The notes under the pieces were generated by a model. The model saw only the letters and a program-made list of their open reading frames with translations. It did not search any database and had not been told where the DNA came from. Shown here one piece after another: positions 58,105 through 64,000 of a DNA stretch of 64,000 bases. The position numbers and the translations under genes are program-made. The stretch spans positions 736,001-800,000 of the forward strand of contig CAVRAL010000001.1 in NCBI GenBank assembly GCA_963719085.1. The letters are read 5' to 3'. Source of the DNA: a candidate division FCPU426 bacterium (GTDB lineage Bacteria > Oederibacteriota > Muellerivitia > Muellerivitales > Muellerivitaceae). How positions within the stretch are numbered: the first letter of the stretch is position 1; each line of letters begins with the position of its first letter.

Positions 58105-59423
58105 TTTCTCGACCAATCAGGAAATTGAATGCCGGCGACGGAAACTTCGGTTTTGTTCGATCCGTCGGCGTTCATCACCCAGAGATCACCCGATTGAAGA
58201 TAGGCTATTTTGGTTCCGTCCGGCGACCATAAAGCGTCGGTGACGCCGGGCTCGGTTAAATACTTGAGGGTTCCCGTATCGGTCAGGTCTTTACTCTTTT
58301 GATCCACCAAGGCCACCCGATAATCCGTCTCCGATAAGTCTTTTTTGGCCAGTAAAAGCAAATTGGCGGTTCCGGTTTCCGACGGGGAATAGCGAATCAG
58401 AGGGCCTAATTGGGGGCTCGCGTTTTGAATCACGGGTTGGGGAAGCGAGGTCTCCGCCGAAGCCGTGTAAATGAAATTAGAGTTATAGAGATAAGCCACG
58501 TGATCGGTATCGGCCGACCAGGACAAATCTTGCGCCGCATAGGGTATTTCAACCAATTCTAAACGGTCGAGCAAGCGGGGGTTCGCCAGCCAAAGCGCGA
58601 AGGCGCGTTGACCCTTTTGCACGAAAAAGGCGATCGATTTATTGTCGCGGTAAGGCGCCCAGTCAATATCGGTCACTGAAAAGCTGGGATCGCTCGGAGT
58701 AAACAACGAATTGCTGGATTGGGACTCAAGGTCCACTTGCCATATTTGATGATGGTAAATGTAGGCGATTTTATCGCTTTTGGGAGACCAGGAAATAGGC
58801 GGCTTGATCGTACCGGGGATTGGCAGATCCATGTCATCATAAAAGGTCAGTTGATGAGCTGTTTTTTCGCCCTTTTTCAGGAAGAATAGATTCACTTTTC
58901 CCGTTTCACCCTGGTTGGACAAAAAGGCTAAAAGCTTACCATTCGAGGACCAGAGAGGGTACCAAGCGCTGGTTCCCGGGGGGCTTAATCGAGTGGAGTT
59001 GGATCCATCGGTATTCATAGTCCATAAGGTTGGGTTTTGATTTTCAACCACGGTATAGGCGAATTCTTCCATATCCTCGGGGGTGGGAGTGGGGGTCGGC
59101 GGAACAGGAGCGGCGGAGGTAGTTTCAGACCCCAGGGATATTTCCATTTGGCTCTGGTCTTTAGGATGGGAGGCTCCGGGAGTCGAGAGCGCGCCGGGTT
59201 TGGCCGATCCCAAGGCGATCGGATTGGAAGAAACCGTGTTCACGGGGATAGCGCTCGTGGAAGAGGATTGGGGCGGCATCGGAAGGGAAGTATTGGTTGT
59301 TTTAAAGAAAGGAAGAGTTCTTTTTCCGCAACCTGGAATGTTAACAACGCATCCGGATGAAATCAGCAATAAGACCAAGAGCATTGCTGAAAAAATGGAG
59401 AGACTTTTAAAGGTTTCGCGCAA
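58101..59423 (-). CDS. TolB-like (PD40 beta-propeller) lipoprotein with long Ser/Pro/Thr linker
   Basis: ISSGC lipobox-like; PTPTPTP; PLWSSNG, ISWSPKS, WSPDGTKIAY, FPDW. Confidence 0.8.
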   Translation of the reverse strand: MRETFKSLSIFSAMLLVLLLISSGCVVNIPGCGKRTLPFFKTTNTSLPMPPQSSSTSAIPVNTVSSNPIALGSAKPGALSTPGASHPKDQSQMEISLGSETTSAAPVPPTPTPTPEDMEEFAYTVVENQNPTLWTMNTDGSNSTRLSPPGTSAWYPLWSSNGKLLAFLSNQGETGKVNLFFLKKGEKTAHQLTFYDDMDLPIPGTIKPPISWSPKSDKIAYIYHHQIWQVDLESQSSNSLFTPSDPSFSVTDIDWAPYRDNKSIAFFVQKGQRAFALWLANPRLLDRLELVEIPYAAQDLSWSADTDHVAYLYNSNFIYTASAETSLPQPVIQNASPQLGPLIRYSPSETGTANLLLLAKKDLSETDYRVALVDQKSKDLTDTGTLKYLTEPGVTDALWSPDGTKIAYLQSGDLWVMNADGSNKTEVSVAGIQFPDWSRK

Positions 59424-59505
59424 TCGGATGACCTTGGTGATAACGTGATAAAAACCTTCTATTTGCAGGCAGTTTATGGCCTTGTGGATAAAAAGTCAAC
59501 AAAAC

Positions 59506-60366
59506 TCAATGCTTTTGGCCATTTTCCGCTTTCTCAAGCACAATAAGCCATCCGGCTTCCTCGTTAATGACTTCAGCCCTTATCGCGGTTGGCGTCAAAA
59601 AGGCGTTTTGGATTTTGCCGTTTCGCCCCTGTTTGAAAATTTCGAGTAAAGCGGGATGGGGTGATAGATCCAAAATATGATGCCCTAAAATCTGGTTTGG
59701 TTTTTTTTCGAGAAGGACCGCGGCTGTTTCCGAGGCGAACTTCACCAAATAGCCCTTATCCACCCTCAAGTGAGGGGGCTGGGTAGCCGAGAAGGCTCGG
59801 CTCGCTGTTTCCTCAATATTAGAAAAGGACAAGGGCGAGTCTGGTGCTTCGAATTCCTTTGAAAGGCTGTTCTCTTTATTGAAAAACAGAATCTTGATTC
59901 CTACCCCCATCAAAAGACAAAGAAGGCTGTTGAGGATCGCCCAAACCCAAGGATTGGGGACCAAAGGAAGACGAAGGCAGAGATCCAATTGAGAACCGGA
60001 CGATTCGGGGAGGGGTGTGATGGAATGGAAAATCCAATGGCCTGGAAATTCAAAATAAAACCCCGGAGAATTGTAACGCCGCGCCGGCGCGTGGTTAAGA
60101 TCGCCCAGTGAAATCGTGGTTTTTCCGCTCGAGGAGGCGTTGAGGGCTAAAAAAGGATTTGAATTTTTTAAAAAATTTCCAAAATCGATTAATTCCATGT
60201 CATCTTTTTCAGACAAGATATAAATTAATTGGGTTTGGATCAGCTGGGCGGTTTGGAGGGCGGACTTGGCGCTGGATTGATAAAGCGTGTAAAAAATCAA
60301 AAAACCGGAAAAACAGGCCGGAAGGCTGATCGTCCAAAGCCACTTGAGGCTATCAATCTTTTTCAT
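59506..60366 (-). CDS. Two-TM membrane protein with C-terminal PAS-like domain
   Basis: Two hydrophobic segments flanking an extracytoplasmic region; C-terminal VDKGYLVKFASETAAVLL...ILGHHILDL...GWLIVLE. Confidence 0.55.
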   Translation of the reverse strand: MKKIDSLKWLWTISLPACFSGFLIFYTLYQSSAKSALQTAQLIQTQLIYILSEKDDMELIDFGNFLKNSNPFLALNASSSGKTTISLGDLNHAPARRYNSPGFYFEFPGHWIFHSITPLPESSGSQLDLCLRLPLVPNPWVWAILNSLLCLLMGVGIKILFFNKENSLSKEFEAPDSPLSFSNIEETASRAFSATQPPHLRVDKGYLVKFASETAAVLLEKKPNQILGHHILDLSPHPALLEIFKQGRNGKIQNAFLTPTAIRAEVINEEAGWLIVLEKAENGQKH

Positions 60367-60442
60367 CTTTATTTACCGGCGTTCCCCTAAACTAAATATA
60401 ATTAACGCTCAAATCATATTAATCCCGTTTTGAGGTTTTCGA

Positions 60443-61525
60443 GTGAAAAAAGAAGATCAACGGTTAAAAAGACTACGAAATGTCATTGACGGCGTGGACG
60501 GGAAAATTGTCCGCCTTTTAAATGAACGGGCGCGGTCTGTGCTTCAAATTAAAACGATCAAAAGCGCCGGTTCTAAACAGTTTTACGCGCCCCATCGGGA
60601 GATGGAGGTTTATCGAAAGGTGACCCAGGCGAATCGAGGACCGTTTCCGGCCGAAGCGATTAAAGCCGTTTTCCGGGAAATCATGTCAGGCTCTTTGGCT
60701 TTGGAGAGCCCGCTGAAAATCGCCTATTTTGGTCCGCCGGGCAGCAACACCCACATTGCGGCGGTTCAAAAATTCGGCCATTCCTCGGTTTTCGCGCCGG
60801 TGCCGGCGATTAAAGACGTTTTTCAAGAGGTGGAGCGGGAACGGGTTCAATATGGCGTGGTTCCGGTTGAAAATTCCACCGAAGGAATTGTGAACCATAC
60901 CTTGGATTTATTCGTGGATTCGGATTTGAAAATTTGCTCTGAAATTTCCATTCCCATTACCTATATGTTGATGTCGCTTTCGGGTGATCCGTCAAAAGTG
61001 AAAGTGATTTACAGCCATCCGCAGGCTTTGGCGCAAACGAGGATGTGGGTGGAAACCCATTTGCCCGAGGTGAAAACTGTGGAGGTCGCGAACACGGCCA
61101 AGGCGGCCCAGATGGCCTCGAAAAATGGAAACGCGGCGGCCATCGCCACCGAATTGGCGGCGCGCTTGTATCATTTGAAATCGATCGCGAATCGAATTGA
61201 GGATTTAAGCGATAACCGCACGCGGTTTCTCATTATTGGAAGAACCCAAGCCAAGCCGACGGCCAACGACCGCACCTCCATTATGGTTTCCATTAAGGAT
61301 AAAGTGGGCGCGCTCTTTTCTTTATTGTATCCTTTCGAAAAAAGGGGGATCAGCTTAACCAATATTGAATCCAGGCCTTCCCGTAAAAAAGCCTGGGATT
61401 ATTATTTTTTCATCGATTTTTCAGGTCATATCAGTGATCCTTCAGTTCAAAAGGCCTTGGCCGAAATCGAAAAGGCGGCCTTGACCGTTAAAGTTTTAGG
61501 GTCCTATCCCCGCGGAGAAAATTAA
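60443..61525 (+). CDS. pheA: Chorismate mutase/prephenate dehydratase
   Basis: LRNVIDGVD, VPVENSTEG, SHPQALAQ, NRTRF, IESRPS. Confidence 0.97.
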   Translation: MKKEDQRLKRLRNVIDGVDGKIVRLLNERARSVLQIKTIKSAGSKQFYAPHREMEVYRKVTQANRGPFPAEAIKAVFREIMSGSLALESPLKIAYFGPPGSNTHIAAVQKFGHSSVFAPVPAIKDVFQEVERERVQYGVVPVENSTEGIVNHTLDLFVDSDLKICSEISIPITYMLMSLSGDPSKVKVIYSHPQALAQTRMWVETHLPEVKTVEVANTAKAAQMASKNGNAAAIATELAARLYHLKSIANRIEDLSDNRTRFLIIGRTQAKPTANDRTSIMVSIKDKVGALFSLLYPFEKRGISLTNIESRPSRKKAWDYYFFIDFSGHISDPSVQKALAEIEKAALTVKVLGSYPRGEN

Positions 61526-61530
61526 GTTCC

Positions 61531-62619
61531 ATGACGTTTCAAGTGCCTATTCGCCCCCATATTCAACGGATGACCCCTTATGTTCCCGGCAAACCCATCG
61601 AGGAAGTGGAACGGGAATTGGGGATTTCCGGAGTCTCCAAGCTGGCCTCCAATGAGAATCCGCTGGGCCCCTCGCCGTTAGCCTTGGCGGCGGTCAAAGA
61701 AGGCGTGGGTCAAATTCACCGTTATCCGGACGGCTCAGCTTTTTATTTAAAACAAGCTTTGTCCGAGCATTTAAACCTCAGCGCGGACCGGTTTTTAATC
61801 GGAAATGGATCCAATGAGCTGTTGGTTTTACTGGCCCAATTGGTGTTGAACCCGGGCGAGGAAGTGCTCTTCGCCGATCCGAGTTTTGTGGTTTATCCCA
61901 TTGTGACCCAATTATTTGAAGGCTCGGCGAAACCCATTCCATTGCGCGAGGCCGCGCATGACATGAAGGCTTTTGCCGAGGCGTTGAGCCCCCAAACCCG
62001 TCTGGTTTATCTTTGCAATCCGAATAATCCGACGGGCACCATGGTGCCCTTGCTGGCGATCGAGGCTTTTTTGAAGATTTGTCCCCCGCGGGTTTTAGTG
62101 GTGTTGGACGAGGCCTATTATGAATATGTGGATGAAAAAAATTACTTTGAGTCCACCCGATTATTGGAAAAATACCCCAACCTGGTTATTTTACGGACCT
62201 TCTCGAAAGTATTTGGTTTGGCCGGATTGCGGGTGGGGTATGGCATGGCGGACCCCGCTTTGGTGGACGCCGCCCAACGCGGCCGACAACCCTTTAACGT
62301 CAATAGTCTGGCCATGCTGGGGGCCCAGGCGGCGCTTCGGGATAAATCCCATGTGGAGCGGGTTAAAGATTTAAACCGGGCCATGCGGGAAAAAATTCAA
62401 ATCGGGCTTAAAAAAATGGGGCTGGCTTACGCGCCCAGCCACACCAATTTTATTTACTTTAATATTTCCGGCGCGGCCGCCGTTTACGAAAAATTATTGC
62501 GCGGAGGCATCATTGTCCGTCCCATGGGACCGGACGCGTTAAGAGTCACGACAGGCACCGAGGCCGAGACGGAAAAATTCTTGCGATCTTTGGAATCGAT
62601 TGTGGGGGACAAGGTTTAA
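61531..62619 (+). CDS. hisC: Histidinol-phosphate/aromatic aminotransferase
   Basis: KLASNENP, GNGSNE, CNPNNPTG, DEAY, RTFSKVFGLAGLRVGY. Confidence 0.95.
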   Translation: MTFQVPIRPHIQRMTPYVPGKPIEEVERELGISGVSKLASNENPLGPSPLALAAVKEGVGQIHRYPDGSAFYLKQALSEHLNLSADRFLIGNGSNELLVLLAQLVLNPGEEVLFADPSFVVYPIVTQLFEGSAKPIPLREAAHDMKAFAEALSPQTRLVYLCNPNNPTGTMVPLLAIEAFLKICPPRVLVVLDEAYYEYVDEKNYFESTRLLEKYPNLVILRTFSKVFGLAGLRVGYGMADPALVDAAQRGRQPFNVNSLAMLGAQAALRDKSHVERVKDLNRAMREKIQIGLKKMGLAYAPSHTNFIYFNISGAAAVYEKLLRGGIIVRPMGPDALRVTTGTEAETEKFLRSLESIVGDKV

Positions 62620-62620
62620 A

Positions 62621-63478
62621 ATGAAACACTCCCCGAAAAAACAAAAAAAAGTCGCCATCATTGGGGTGGGCTTATTGGGCGGGTCCCTGGCTTTGGCGCT
62701 GCGCAAACAAAAAAATTTTTCTTTGGTGGGTTGGAATCATCGGCCGTCTTCCCGCAAAAGGGGATCCCGGCTTTTAAAAATGGCCCCCGACCTCAACTCG
62801 GCGGTTCAAGACGCCGACCTCGTTTTGCTTTGCGCGCATTCCAGCGAGGTGGTTTCGTTGCTGCCGAAGATCTCACAATGGGCGTCCCCGGACGCGCTGA
62901 TTTTGGATGTTTCCAGCGTTAAAGGCGAGATCGTCCAAGGCGCGTCCCGCTTTTCGTGGGCCCCCGGGCATTTTGTTCCCAGCCATCCCATGGCGGGCCG
63001 GGAAAAGTCGGGGCCTGAGAACGCGGATGCGGATCTTTACTCGGGAAAGATTATTTTCATTACGCCGCTGCCCAAGACCCCCCCGCGTGTTTTAAAACGA
63101 GCGATAAGCTTTTGGCGGAGGGTGGGCGGAAAGCCGGTTGTTCTTTCGCCCGAACGCCACGACCAGTACGTGGCCCTGACGAGCCACCTGCCTCATTTAT
63201 TGGCGTCCGCATTGGTGGAGGTTTACGGAAAATACGCGAAATCCCATCCGGCGGTCCTGCAGGCGGTCGGAACGGGATTTCGCGACACGACTCGGGTGGC
63301 CGCGGGAAATCCGGCCATGTGGGCCGATATTTTGAGGTTGAACAGCCGTGAAATCGGTTTTTTCCTTTCGGCGTACCGGAAGAATTTATTGGAGTTGGAA
63401 AAAAAAGTGAGGCTGAAAGATTTTAAGCGTTGGCATGACTATTTTGAAAAAGCGAAAAAAACCCGAAATCATTTATGA
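62621..63478 (+). CDS. tyrA: Prephenate/arogenate dehydrogenase
   Basis: GVGLLGGS, DVSSVK, HPMAGREKSG, HD...SHLPH, GFRDTTRVA. Confidence 0.94.
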   Translation: MKHSPKKQKKVAIIGVGLLGGSLALALRKQKNFSLVGWNHRPSSRKRGSRLLKMAPDLNSAVQDADLVLLCAHSSEVVSLLPKISQWASPDALILDVSSVKGEIVQGASRFSWAPGHFVPSHPMAGREKSGPENADADLYSGKIIFITPLPKTPPRVLKRAISFWRRVGGKPVVLSPERHDQYVALTSHLPHLLASALVEVYGKYAKSHPAVLQAVGTGFRDTTRVAAGNPAMWADILRLNSREIGFFLSAYRKNLLELEKKVRLKDFKRWHDYFEKAKKTRNHL

Positions 63479-64000
63479 AAAAACTAACTGTCTCACAAGC
63501 GACGGCTCTTCAGGGAACGGTGGAAGTGCCCGGCGATAAATCCATCTCCCATCGATCGATTATGTTGGGCGCTTTGGCCGCTGGAGTGACGGAGATCACT
63601 CATTTTCTTCCATCGGCCGATTGTTTATCCACGATTAATATCTTTAAAAAGATGGGCGTTTCCATTAAACGCCAAGGCGAAAGGGTTTGGGTTCAAGGAA
63701 AAGGGCTGAATGGACTCACGCCTCCCCGAGGTGTTCTGAACGCCGGAAATTCCGGGACGACGTCCCGGATTTTACTGGGTCTTTTATCCGGACAGGCTTT
63801 TACCACACGGGTGACCGGGGATAAATATCTCAGGCGCCGGCCGATGAAACGCGTGGTGACGCCGCTGACGCTCATGGGCGCCCGGATCACGGGTCCGAGC
63901 GGTTCAGACTACCTTCCGCTGACCTTGACCCCGCGGAAATTGAAGGGCATTTCTTATCAACTGCCGATCGCCAGCGCCCAAGTGAAAAGCGCGATCCTGA
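63475..64000 (+). CDS. aroA: EPSP synthase (3' end outside window; not in ORF track)
   Basis: From ATG 63475: MKKLTVSQ...VPGDKSISHRS...NAGNSGTTSR...GDKYLRRRPMKRV...IASAQVKSA. Confidence 0.95.
   Translation, partial: MKKLTVSQATALQGTVEVPGDKSISHRSIMLGALAAGVTEITHFLPSADCLSTINIFKKMGVSIKRQGERVWVQGKGLNGLTPPRGVLNAGNSGTTSRILLGLLSGQAFTTRVTGDKYLRRRPMKRVVTPLTLMGARITGPSGSDYLPLTLTPRKLKGISYQLPIASAQVKSAIL

Noticed and set aside
59483..59491. Perfect DnaA box (TGTGGATAA) in an intergenic gap
   Set aside because: Single box, with no cluster and no dnaA/dnaN context, so not oriC

Overview
Gene-dense chromosomal window, mostly on the + strand, from a diderm bacterium of uncertain, probably poorly characterised lineage (inference from protein signatures only). 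The housekeeping backbone is rpiB, rpmB, recG-rsmD-coaD, yceD-rpmF-plsX-fabH-fabD-fabG-acpP-fabF-rnc, maf, a PpiD/SurA-like chaperone, rplU-rpmA-obgE-proB-proA, nadD, rsfS, purA, rnr-smpB, an M16 peptidase, yggT, a sugar ABC transporter, yqeK, argS, glyA and pheA-hisC-tyrA-aroA (partial), plus tRNA-Gly(CCC), tRNA-Lys(UUU) and tRNA-Leu(CAG). I saw no integrase, transposase, CRISPR array or rRNA. The most unusual content is a dispersed envelope gene set. It has four paralogous PorV/FadL-like outer-membrane barrels, three of them fused to FlgD-like Ig, OmpA, FN3-like or TPR domains, encoded next to TPR and TolB-like beta-propeller lipoproteins and a degenerate TonB-receptor-like barrel. This may be a T9SS-related or novel trans-envelope system. 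Other oddities: a frameshifted ComFB-family gene missed by the ORF track, a J-domain/TPR protein paired with an apparently lidless Hsp70, an orphan TPR-tadB-tadC-DUF192 cassette, a terminator in the purA leader and two intergenic inverted repeats. All family calls come from motif recognition by eye, not from database searches.
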